NCBI GenBank assembly: GCA_965204745.1
Contig: OZ242010.1
Coordinates: forward strand, 3,264,001-3,328,000
Direction of reading: 5' to 3'
DNA from: Candidatus Latescibacterota bacterium
Lineage (GTDB): Bacteria > Latescibacterota > UBA2968
Length of the DNA: 64,000 nucleotides
Positions within the stretch are counted from its first letter, which is position 1; every line of letters begins with the position of its first letter. The position numbers and the translations under genes are program-made. The notes under the pieces were generated by a model, which saw only the letters and a program-made list of their open reading frames with translations, made no database searches and was not told the origin of the DNA. Shown here piece by piece: positions 42,438 to 52,072 of this stretch.

Positions 42438-45400
42438 ATGCATAACCGGATTTTTTCAACAGGCTTGTTGATGACCGCGCTCACAGCGCTGGTCTTTCTG
42501 AGCTATCGGGTCGTTGCCGAACCCGATGCCCAAGGCGGCGCGACGGCTGGGGGATCTTCCCCTTCCGAAAGCCCGTCCTCGAGTGATATGCTCACCACGA
42601 CAAACCGGATCTCGTTTAACGTTCCTACGACTTCCACGGCCGATTTTGATGCCGATGGGATGGTAGGCTTTTCCGACTTCTTGGCGTTTGCAGGGCAGTA
42701 TGGCACGCGACAAGGGGATGGCAGATACCAAGCGAAGTATGATTTGGATAGCGATGGTGCGATAGACTTGCAGGATTTTCTGAGTTTTGCCGGCAGTTAT
42801 GGCAACACAGTACCTCCTCCACCTCCTAGTGGTGGCGGTACGCCCAAGATGTACTGGAGGGACAATGTCACGGATAAGATTCAGCGTGCCAACCTCGATG
42901 GCTCCAATGTCGAAGACCTCATCACCACAGGATTGAGGAATCCACGGGGCATCGCGCTAGATGTGGGACGCGGAAAGATGTACTGGACGGACAGGGACAC
43001 GGATAAGATTCAGCGTGCCAACCTCGATGGCTCCAATGTCGAAGACCTCATCACCACAGGATTGAGGAATCCACGGGGCATCGCGCTGGATGTGGGACGC
43101 GGAAAGATGTACTGGACGGACTGGGACACGGATAAGATTCAGCGTGCCAACCTCGATGGCTCCAATGTCGAAGACCTCATCACCACAGGATTGAGGGGGC
43201 CAGAGGGCATCGCGCTGGATGTGGGACGCGGAAAGATGTACTGGACGGACTATGGCACGGATAAGATTCAGCGTGCCAACCTCGATGGCTCCCAGGTTGA
43301 AGACCTCATCACCACAGGATTGAGCAATCCATCTGGCATCGCGCTAGATATGGGACGCGGAAAGATGTACTGGACGGACTATGGCACGGATAAGATTCAG
43401 CGTGCCAACCTCGATGGCTCCCAGGTTGAAGACCTCATCACCACAGGATTGAGCAATCCATCTAGCATCGCGCTGGATGTGGGACGCGGAAAGATGTACT
43501 GGACGGACTGGGACACGGATAAGATTCAGCGTGCCAACCTCGATGGCTCCCAGGTCGAAGACCTCATCACCACAGGATTGAGGACGCCAGGTGGCATCGC
43601 GCTGGATACTCAGGGAACCGGTAGTGCCGGTAGTGGCAGTGGTGGGGGTAGCAGTGGTCCTGACCTGATCGTTGAATCGCCTTCGGTCAGCGATAGCACC
43701 TTGACGCCTGGGCAATCCTTCACCCTGCACGCCACAGTTCGCAACCGGGGCACGGCTCGGTCAGCCTCGACGACCTTGCGCTACTACCGCTCGTCCGACG
43801 CGACGATCTCCACGAGCGATACAGAAGTGGGCACGGATTCGGTCAGCGGTCTGTCCGCTTCGGGCACGGGTTCGGAATCGATCAGTCTGACTGCTCCGTC
43901 GAGTACCGGCACGTATTACTACGGCGCGTGCGTGGCAAGCGTCAGCGACGAGAGCAACACCGACAACAACTGCTCGGCTGCCGTCGTGCGCGTCACGGTG
44001 AGTAGCGGTGGCGGTACGCCCAAGATGTACTGGACAGACTGGGGCACGGATAAGATTCAGTGTGCCAACTTGGATGGCTCCAATGTCGAAGACCTCATCA
44101 CCACAGGATTGACTACGCCAGTTGGCATCGTGCTGGATGTGGTACGCGGAAAGATGTACTGGACAGACTGGGGCACGGATAAGATTCAGCGTGCCAACTT
44201 GAATGGCTCCTATGTCGAAGACCTCATCACCACAGGATTGAGGGGGCCACGGGGCATCGCGCTAGATATGGGACGCGGAAAGATGTACTGGACGGACTCT
44301 GGCACGGATAAGATTCAGCGTGCCAACCTCGATGGCTCCAATGTCGAAGACCTCATCACCACAGGATTGAGTTATCCATATGGCATCGCGCTAGATGTGG
44401 GACGCGGAAAGATGTACTGGACGGACAGGGAAACGGATAAGATTCAGCGTGCCAACTTGGATGGCTCCAATGTCGAAGACCTCATCACCACAGGATTGAG
44501 CAATCCATCTGGCATCGCGCTGGATGTGGGACGCGGAAAGATGTACTGGACGGACAATGGCACGGATAAGATTCAGCGTGCCAACCTCGATGGCTCCAAT
44601 GTCGAAGACCTCATCACCACAGGATTGAGGAATCCACAGGGCCTCGCGCTGGATGTGGGCCGCGGAAAGATGTACTGGACGGACCCTGACACGGAGAAGA
44701 TTCAGCGTGCCAACCTCGATGGCTCCAATGTCGAAGACCTCATCACCACAGGATTGAGGAATCCACAGGGCCTCGCGCTGGATACTCAGGGAACCGGTAG
44801 TGCCGGTAGTGGCAGTGGTGGGGGTAGCAGTGGTCCTGACCTGATCGTTGAATCGCCTTCGGTCAGCGATAGCACCTTGACGCCTGGGCAATCCTTCACC
44901 CTGCACGCCACAGTTCGCAACCGGGGCACGGCTCGGTCAGCCTCGACGACCTTGCGCTACTACCGCTCGTCCGACGCGACGATCTCCACGAGCGATACAG
45001 AAGTGGGCACAGATTCGGTCAGCGGTCTGTCCGCTTCGGGCACGGGTTCGGAATCGATCAGTCTGACTGCTCCGTCGAGTACCGGCACGTATTACTACGG
45101 CGCGTGCGTGGCAAGCGTCAGCGACGAGAGCAACACCGACAACAACTGCTCGGCTGCCGTCGTGCGCGTCACGGTGAGTAGCGGTGGCGGTGGCGGTACG
45201 CCCAAGATGTACTGGGTGGACCCTGGCACGGATAAGATTCAATATGCCAACTTGGATGGCTCCAATGTCGAAGACCTCATCACCACAGGATTGAGGGGGC
45301 CATTGGGCATCGCGCTGGATGTGGGACGCGGAAAGATGTACTGGACGGACTGGCGCACGAATAAGATTCAGCGTGCCAACTTGGATGGCTCCAATGTCGA

Positions 45401-48400
45401 AGACCTCATCACCACAGGATTGAGTTCGCCAGAAGGCATCGCGCTAGATGGACGCGGAAAGATGTACTGGACGGACTCTGGCACGGATAAGATTCAGCGT
45501 GCCAACTTGAATGGCTCCTATGTCGAAGACCTCATCACCACAGGATTGAGTTATCCACAGGGCATCGCGCTAGATATGGGACGCGGAAAGATGTACTGGA
45601 CGGACCCTGTCACGGATAAGATTCAGCGTGCCAACCTCGATGGCTCCAATGTCGAAGACCTCATCACCACAGGATTGAGGTCGGCATCAGGCATCGCGCT
45701 AGATGTGGGACGCGGAAAGATGTACTGGACGGACTCTGGCACGCCTGGGTACCAGGGCACGAAGAAGATTCAGCGTGCCAACTTGGATGGCTCCAATGTC
45801 GAAGACCTCATCACCACAGGATTGTGGGGGCCAGAGGGCATCGCGCTGGATGTGGGCCGCGGAAAGATGTACTGGACGGACCCTGGCACGGATAAGATTC
45901 AGCGTGCCAACCTCGATGGCTCCAATGTCGAAGACCTCATCACCACAGGATTGAGTGTGCCATTGGGCATCGCGCTGGATACTCAGGGAACCGGTAGTGC
46001 CGGTAGCGGCAGTGGTGGGGGTAGCAGTGGTCCTGACCTGATCGTTGAATCGCCTTCGGTCAGCGATAGCACCTTGACGCCTGGGCCATCCTTCACCTTA
46101 CAAGTCACCGTTCGCAATCGGGGCACGGGGCAATCAGCCTCGACGACCTTGCGCTACTACCGCTCGTCCGACGCGACGATCTCCACGAGCGATACAGAAG
46201 TGGGCACAGATTCGGTCAGCGGTCTGTCCGCTTCGGGCACGGGTTCGGAATCGATCAGTCTAACTGCTCCGTCGAGTACCGGCACGTATTACTACGGCGC
46301 GTGCGTGGCAAGCGTCAGCGGCGAGAGCAACACCGACAACAACTGCTCGGCTGCCGTGCGCGTCACGGTCAGTGGTAGCGGTAGCGGCGGTGGCGGCACA
46401 CCTACTAAGATGTACTGGATATCCGGTACCAAGATTCAGCGGGCCAACCTCGATGGGTCCGAGGTCGAAGACCTCATCACCACAGGATTGAGGAATCCAC
46501 GGGGCATCGCGCTGGATGTGGGACGCGGAAAGATGTACTGGACGGACTGGGACACGGATAAGATTCAGCGTGCCAACCTCGATGGCTCCAATGTCGAAGA
46601 CCTCATCACCACAGGATTGAGGGGGCCAGAGGGCATCGCGCTGGATGTGGGACGCGGAAAGATGTACTGGACAGAGAACCTCGGAGCCACCGACAGGATT
46701 CGGAGGGCGAACCTTGATGGGTCCGAGGTCGAAGTCGTCGTGAAACCAGGAGGCGGAGGTCCGGTCGCGCTGGGGCTAGGAAAGATATACTGGGCGACCC
46801 GTAGTAGTATTCAGCGGGCCAATCTCGATGGCTCCGAGGTCGAAGACCTCATCACCACAGGATTGAGGGGGTCACGGGGCATCGCGCTGGATGTGGGGCG
46901 AGGAAAGATATACTGGAAGGACAATTCTTACCCGTATAAGATTCAGCGGGCCAACCTCGATGGGTCCGAGGTTGAAGACCTCATCACAGGATCGGGGTAT
47001 GGAGGAGGCATCGCGCTGGATGTGGGGCGAGGAAAGATATACTGGACGAACGGCAGAAGTAAGATTCAGCGGGCCAACCTCGATGGGTCCGAGGTCGAAG
47101 ACCTCATCACAGGATTGGATGCTCCAAACGGCATCGCGCTGGACGGTCTTGCTGTTAGCGAGGGTGCTGGTCTCGACCTGATCGTTGGCTCGCCTGAGGT
47201 CAGCGACAGCCTACTGGCGCCTGGGCAATCCTTCTCCCTGCGCGCAAGAGTTCGCAACAGCAGCCCGGTATGGTCCGCCGCAACGACCTTGCGCTACTAC
47301 CGCTCAACGGACGCGACAATCTCCACCAGCGATACACCCGTCGGCACGAACGAGGTGGGCGAGCTGTCGGCTTGGGGCACGAGTTTGGAAGCGATCGATC
47401 TGACGGCCCCGTCAAATACCGGCACGTATTACTACGGCGCGTGTGTCGAAAGCGTCAGCGGCGAGAGCAAGACCAATAACAACTGCTCGGATGCCGTGCG
47501 CGTTACGGTGAGTAGCGGTGGTGGTGGCGGTGGCGGCACACCTAATAAGATGTACTGGATATCCGGTACCAAGATTCAGCGGGCCAACCTCGATGGGTCC
47601 TATATCGAAGACCTCATCACCGGAGGGGAGTGGCCAAGAGGCCTCGCGCTGGATGTGGGGCGAGGAAAGATATACTGGACGATCTCTAGTAGTATTCAGC
47701 GGGCCAACCTCAATGGGTCCGAGGTCGAAGACCTCATCACAGGATCGGGGTATAAAGGAGGCCTCGCGCTGGATGTGGGGCGAGGAAAGATATACTGGAA
47801 GGACAATTCTTACCCGTATAAGATTCAGCGGGCCAACCTCGATGGGTCCGAGGTTGAAGACCTCATCACAGGATCGGGGTCTGAAGGAGGCCTCGCGCTG
47901 GATGTGGGGCTAGGAAAGATGTACTGGACGACCCGTAGTAGGATTCAGCGGGCCAATCTCGATGGCTCCGAGGTCGAAGACCTCATCACCAGATTGGCCG
48001 ACCTAGGAGGCATCGCGCTGGATGTGGGGCGAGGAAAGATGTACTGGAAGGGCAATTCTTACCCGTATAAGATTCAGCGGGCCAACCTCGATGGGTCCGA
48101 GGTCGAAGACCTCATCACAGGATCGGGGTCTGAAGGAGGCCTCGCGCTGGATGTGGGGCTAGGAAAGATGTACTGGACGACCCGTAGTAGGATTCAGCGG
48201 GCCAATCTCGATGGCTCCGAGGTCGAAGACCTCATCACCAGATTGGCCGACCTAGGAGGCATCGCGCTGGCACTGGACGATCTTGCTGTCAGCGAGGCCA
48301 CTGGTTTCGACTTAGTCGTTGAATCGCCTTCGGTCAGCGACAGCCTACTGACGCCTGGGCAATCCTTCTCCCTGCGCGCAAGAGTTCGCAACAGCAGCAC

Positions 48401-49832
48401 GATACGGTCCGCCGCAACGACCTTGCGCTACTACCGCTCAACGGACGCGACAATCTCCACCAGCGATACACCCGTCGGCACGGACGAGGTCGGCGCGCTG
48501 TCGGCACGGGGCATGAGCCGGGAATCGATCACTTTGACTGCCCCGTCAAATACCGGCACGTATTACTACGGCGCGTGTGTCGAAAGCGTCAGCGGCGAGA
48601 GCAATACCAATAACAACTGCTCAACCAGCGTACGCATCACGGTGAGTAGGTTCGACCTGATCGTTGAATCGCCTTCGGTCAGCGACAGCCTACTGGCGTT
48701 CGGGCAATCCTTCACCCTGCGCGCCACAGTTCGCAACCGTAGCACGATACGGTCCGCCGCAACGACCTTGCGCTACTATCGCTCAACGGACGCGACAATC
48801 TCCACCAGCGATACATCCGTCGGCACGGACGCGGTGGGCGAGTTGTCAGCTTCGGGCACGAGTTCGGAATCGATCACTTTGACTGCCCCGTCAAATACCG
48901 GCACGTATTACTACGGCGCGTGTGTCGAAAGCGTCAGCGGCGAGAGCAATACCAATAACAACTGCTCAACCAGCATACGCGTCATGGTGCGCGCTGGTTT
49001 CGACTTGGTCGTTGGCTCGCCTGAGGTCAGCGACAGCCTACTGACGTTAGGGCAATCCTTCACCCTGAGCACCACAGTTCGCAACCGCAGCACGATACGG
49101 TCCGCCGCAACGACCTTGCGCTACTACCGCTCAACGGACGCGAGGATCGACACCAGCGATACATCCGTCGGCACGGACGCGGTGGGCGAGTTGTCAGCTT
49201 CGGGCACGAGTTCGGAATCGATCACTCTGACTCCGTTAAATATGGGAGACTACTACTATGGGGCCTGTGTCGAAGAAGCTACGTGGGAGAGCGATTCCCA
49301 GAACAACTGCTCGGATGGAGTGCACGTCTCCGTGGGATTGGTCATAGCCCCGGGCGCGAGAAAACAATACATAGCGAAGTTTCCTGCCAATTTTTCTTAT
49401 CAGCCTTCTTTTGAGACTATCTCGTATCGCGTCGTGTCGTCAGCCGTGGACTCTGGCTTATTAGGTGTGTCAAATGTTGATGTTAGCATAACTTGGCGCG
49501 ACCAGTTTGGAGTTGTTCGCTCAGTAACTGAAGTGAGATTTACTTACAATCTGTCCGTACGCTCATCAACACCCTTAAATACTACGCTACGGGCTAGAAT
49601 GACTTATAAGATAGTCTCGGCGATAGTCGGGAGCGAGGAGTTCACCTCCGGTGCTGTGGCGACTTATACTGTTCCATTAACGATTTTTGTTAGGGACAGC
49701 GGTAGTGCCAAGTTGACCGCCGGAGACGCGGAGTCGGCGACGCCAGTCCAAGAGCAAGACCGTTTGCCCCCGTCATCAGCACGGATCAACCTAAAACGCT
49801 CTATCGAGCAACCTAGAAATCCCTCACCATAA
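42438..49832 (+). CDS. Giant secreted protein: dockerin/EF-hand-like domain, 5 six-bladed YWTD propellers, 7 CARDB-like Ig domains, unique C-terminus
   Basis: Signal peptide; ADFDADGMVGFSDFLAFA; 30 (M/I)YW repeats in blocks of 6; DL.VESPSVSDS...YYYGACV...NNCS modules. Confidence 0.9.
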   Translation: MHNRIFSTGLLMTALTALVFLSYRVVAEPDAQGGATAGGSSPSESPSSSDMLTTTNRISFNVPTTSTADFDADGMVGFSDFLAFAGQYGTRQGDGRYQAKYDLDSDGAIDLQDFLSFAGSYGNTVPPPPPSGGGTPKMYWRDNVTDKIQRANLDGSNVEDLITTGLRNPRGIALDVGRGKMYWTDRDTDKIQRANLDGSNVEDLITTGLRNPRGIALDVGRGKMYWTDWDTDKIQRANLDGSNVEDLITTGLRGPEGIALDVGRGKMYWTDYGTDKIQRANLDGSQVEDLITTGLSNPSGIALDMGRGKMYWTDYGTDKIQRANLDGSQVEDLITTGLSNPSSIALDVGRGKMYWTDWDTDKIQRANLDGSQVEDLITTGLRTPGGIALDTQGTGSAGSGSGGGSSGPDLIVESPSVSDSTLTPGQSFTLHATVRNRGTARSASTTLRYYRSSDATISTSDTEVGTDSVSGLSASGTGSESISLTAPSSTGTYYYGACVASVSDESNTDNNCSAAVVRVTVSSGGGTPKMYWTDWGTDKIQCANLDGSNVEDLITTGLTTPVGIVLDVVRGKMYWTDWGTDKIQRANLNGSYVEDLITTGLRGPRGIALDMGRGKMYWTDSGTDKIQRANLDGSNVEDLITTGLSYPYGIALDVGRGKMYWTDRETDKIQRANLDGSNVEDLITTGLSNPSGIALDVGRGKMYWTDNGTDKIQRANLDGSNVEDLITTGLRNPQGLALDVGRGKMYWTDPDTEKIQRANLDGSNVEDLITTGLRNPQGLALDTQGTGSAGSGSGGGSSGPDLIVESPSVSDSTLTPGQSFTLHATVRNRGTARSASTTLRYYRSSDATISTSDTEVGTDSVSGLSASGTGSESISLTAPSSTGTYYYGACVASVSDESNTDNNCSAAVVRVTVSSGGGGGTPKMYWVDPGTDKIQYANLDGSNVEDLITTGLRGPLGIALDVGRGKMYWTDWRTNKIQRANLDGSNVEDLITTGLSSPEGIALDGRGKMYWTDSGTDKIQRANLNGSYVEDLITTGLSYPQGIALDMGRGKMYWTDPVTDKIQRANLDGSNVEDLITTGLRSASGIALDVGRGKMYWTDSGTPGYQGTKKIQRANLDGSNVEDLITTGLWGPEGIALDVGRGKMYWTDPGTDKIQRANLDGSNVEDLITTGLSVPLGIALDTQGTGSAGSGSGGGSSGPDLIVESPSVSDSTLTPGPSFTLQVTVRNRGTGQSASTTLRYYRSSDATISTSDTEVGTDSVSGLSASGTGSESISLTAPSSTGTYYYGACVASVSGESNTDNNCSAAVRVTVSGSGSGGGGTPTKMYWISGTKIQRANLDGSEVEDLITTGLRNPRGIALDVGRGKMYWTDWDTDKIQRANLDGSNVEDLITTGLRGPEGIALDVGRGKMYWTENLGATDRIRRANLDGSEVEVVVKPGGGGPVALGLGKIYWATRSSIQRANLDGSEVEDLITTGLRGSRGIALDVGRGKIYWKDNSYPYKIQRANLDGSEVEDLITGSGYGGGIALDVGRGKIYWTNGRSKIQRANLDGSEVEDLITGLDAPNGIALDGLAVSEGAGLDLIVGSPEVSDSLLAPGQSFSLRARVRNSSPVWSAATTLRYYRSTDATISTSDTPVGTNEVGELSAWGTSLEAIDLTAPSNTGTYYYGACVESVSGESKTNNNCSDAVRVTVSSGGGGGGGTPNKMYWISGTKIQRANLDGSYIEDLITGGEWPRGLALDVGRGKIYWTISSSIQRANLNGSEVEDLITGSGYKGGLALDVGRGKIYWKDNSYPYKIQRANLDGSEVEDLITGSGSEGGLALDVGLGKMYWTTRSRIQRANLDGSEVEDLITRLADLGGIALDVGRGKMYWKGNSYPYKIQRANLDGSEVEDLITGSGSEGGLALDVGLGKMYWTTRSRIQRANLDGSEVEDLITRLADLGGIALALDDLAVSEATGFDLVVESPSVSDSLLTPGQSFSLRARVRNSSTIRSAATTLRYYRSTDATISTSDTPVGTDEVGALSARGMSRESITLTAPSNTGTYYYGACVESVSGESNTNNNCSTSVRITVSRFDLIVESPSVSDSLLAFGQSFTLRATVRNRSTIRSAATTLRYYRSTDATISTSDTSVGTDAVGELSASGTSSESITLTAPSNTGTYYYGACVESVSGESNTNNNCSTSIRVMVRAGFDLVVGSPEVSDSLLTLGQSFTLSTTVRNRSTIRSAATTLRYYRSTDARIDTSDTSVGTDAVGELSASGTSSESITLTPLNMGDYYYGACVEEATWESDSQNNCSDGVHVSVGLVIAPGARKQYIAKFPANFSYQPSFETISYRVVSSAVDSGLLGVSNVDVSITWRDQFGVVRSVTEVRFTYNLSVRSSTPLNTTLRARMTYKIVSAIVGSEEFTSGAVATYTVPLTIFVRDSGSAKLTAGDAESATPVQEQDRLPPSSARINLKRSIEQPRNPSP

Positions 49833-49844
49833 ACTGCCTACCGC

Positions 49845-50111
49845 AACAACAGCGGCTAGGATGGCGTGCGCGTTACGGTGAGTAGTGGTGGCGGCAGTGG
49901 CAGTCTCGGTGCTTGCCGTGTGGGGATGGTCGTGCGTCCCAACCAGAGTTGTCAGATCGGCGGTGGAGCGTTTAGAAATGTCGGCGGTGGGTGCTTCGTT
50001 TATACTCCCTCCGGTAGCGGCAGGTTTTGCACTGACAGCTTCAATTTGAACGGATTTAGAGGGAGTCGGGTGGGCGACGATTTCAGGATTGACGTTGCCC
50101 TAACCGGTTAG
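49845..50111 (+). pseudogene. Orphan alternative C-terminal module of the giant-protein family
   Basis: Begins with the CARDB-end linker DGVRVTVSSGGG, followed by a 4-Cys domain; no obvious RBS. Confidence 0.55.
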
Positions 50112-50429
50112 AGCTGATAACGGCACAAGCCCTCGCAGTGGCCTCTGAAGGTAGGAGCCTGTTGCGAGGGCTTGTGCATACATAGAACAATGGCGGGCGA
50201 TGTTCCCAAAGCCGCTGACCACTGCTTGTGGCAGGAGATGCGAAGGACATAGCGGGGAGAACGATGAAGCGGCGGTAGGGGTGTGGGTGGATCTTGCCTC
50301 TTACTTGGGGATAGGGCTTGCGGTGGGGCGGAGCGGCTGGGGAAAATCACTTGACATCGCGAGCGGGATTGGAGATTATTTATTTTGTTCCGCAAGTCGT
50401 TCAAACAATGACACGTCAGGAGGCGCCCC

Positions 50430-51467
50430 ATGGCAGAATACGATACGATTCCCAAGCAGTTGATGCACCTCTACCCGCAAGACCTCATCCGCTTGGCACT
50501 CGGACGCGAGGAGGTCGAAATTGAAGTTGAAGAAATCCTCGATACCGAACTCCCCAAGGTGGAAACGCGCCTGGTCGATAGCCTCCTTCGCGTGCGGATC
50601 GATGGCGAGGAAGCCTTGATCCACATCGAATTTCAAACCGCGGATAGCGCGAATATGGCTCGTCGCATGGCTTCCTATATCATCCGTCTCATCGAGCAGT
50701 ATGACTTGCCGGTCTATTCCTTTGTCATCTATCTACGTCCCAATGCCGGGCGGAGCGATAAAGGATTTTTCCGCCAAGATCATGCGGACTTCCCCGTGCT
50801 GGTGCGCTACAAGGTGATTCGGTTGAGCGAGTTGGATGGGCGCGGCATTCTTGAAGGTGACCAGGCCGGCTTGCTTCCTTTCGCGCCGTTGATGAAACCG
50901 CCTGTGGGGATGGATTCCGAGGACTGGTTGCGTGCGTGTGTTCGCAAGGGCGATTCGGTTTCGTTGGATCAGGCAGACAAGGCGAATTATTTGGGTAGCT
51001 TGGCGGTCTTGAGTGGGTTGGCTTATGATCCTGCCACCATCAACCGAATTTTTTCCCAGGAGGGTTTTATGGACGCGATTATGCGTGAGTCATCGTTTGC
51101 CCAGTACCTCGAGGAGCAGTTCAAGGAACAGTTTCTTGAGCAGGGAATCGAGCAGGGAATCGAGCAGGGAATCGAGCAGGGAATCGAGCAGGGAATCGAG
51201 CAGGGAATCGAGCAGGGAATCGAGCAGGGAATCGAGCAGGGAATCGAGCAGGGAATCGAGCAGGGAATCGAGCGAGGAGTCAGAGAACGAGCGGTTGAAG
51301 ACATCCTCGACGTGTTGGAGATTCGCTTTGATCCGGCCGTTGCCGGTCAGTTCGCCGGTCATATTGCGGTTATCGACGATTTGCAACGGCTCAAACGGTT
51401 GCATCGTGTAGCGGTGCAAGCGGATGACCTGGCGGCCTTTCAGCGCGTGTTGAATGCGGAGGCCTAA
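50430..51467 (+). CDS. Rpn/YhgA-like PD-(D/E)XK nuclease family protein
   Basis: YD...K, VDSL, IHIEFQT, M.RRM.SY, (EQGI)11 tail; AGGAGG RBS. Confidence 0.88.
   Translation: MAEYDTIPKQLMHLYPQDLIRLALGREEVEIEVEEILDTELPKVETRLVDSLLRVRIDGEEALIHIEFQTADSANMARRMASYIIRLIEQYDLPVYSFVIYLRPNAGRSDKGFFRQDHADFPVLVRYKVIRLSELDGRGILEGDQAGLLPFAPLMKPPVGMDSEDWLRACVRKGDSVSLDQADKANYLGSLAVLSGLAYDPATINRIFSQEGFMDAIMRESSFAQYLEEQFKEQFLEQGIEQGIEQGIEQGIEQGIEQGIEQGIEQGIEQGIEQGIEQGIERGVRERAVEDILDVLEIRFDPAVAGQFAGHIAVIDDLQRLKRLHRVAVQADDLAAFQRVLNAEA
51138..51269 (+). repeat. Perfect 12-bp coding VNTR (GAGCAGGGAATC)11
   Basis: Counted directly; encodes (EQGI)11. Confidence 0.95.
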
Positions 51468-51599
51468 CGCGCTTCCCTTAACGACCCAAGCCCTCGCATG
51501 CTGACCTTGAACGGATTGTTCGGGGCCAAGCGTTGCGAGGGCTTGTGCGTACATAGGACAATGGCGGGCGATGTTCCCAAAGCCGCTGACCACTAACGC

Positions 51600-52004
51600 A
51601 TGACAAACGACTTCACAATCGCAGGCGTGACCTACCGATCCCGACTGTTGATCGGCACCGCACGCTATCCCAACATGCAAGTGATGCTGGAGGCCATCGA
51701 GGCCAGCGGGGCAGAGATCGTCACCGTGGGGATCCGGCGGATCGACATGCATGACGCATCCGGCGAGGGCGTGCTCAATTTGCTCGACAGATCGCGCTAC
51801 GCCATTTTGCCCAATACGGCCGGGTGTTTCAAAGATACGCAACGTTCAGACTTGGGCGAAGGCTACGTGGATTTCCCCGCGTGCCGCGATGCCATTGCAA
51901 AAATCGGGTACGAGGGCTGGTTGATCTTTGAAACCCCCGCAGGAGACGACCCCATCGCATCGGGGACGAAAAACCTGGCGTTCGCAAAAGCGATGTTTGG
52001 GTAG
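51600..52004 (+). pseudogene. thiG: Chimera of the thiazole synthase N-terminus and a sugar-phosphate isomerase/epimerase TIM-barrel C-terminus
   Basis: SRLLIGT..Y, SGAEIVTV.IRR, LPNTAGC, then LGEG.VDF...IGYEGWLIFE. The ThiG catalytic region is absent. Confidence 0.8.
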
Positions 52005-52072
52005 GGGAGGGAAGAGGGAAGACGTGAGAGGCTAGCAACCCTCTCCCATACTCCCCAAGCGAGGAAGCGATC

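Noticed and set aside
42847-48275. Diversity-generating retroelement as the source of blade variability
   Set aside because: No reverse transcriptase or template repeat in the window, and variation includes indels and non-adenine positions.
51463-51594. Integron attC site after rpn (GCCTAAC at the stop codon)
   Set aside because: No matching GTTRRRY at a suitable distance and no integrase in the window.
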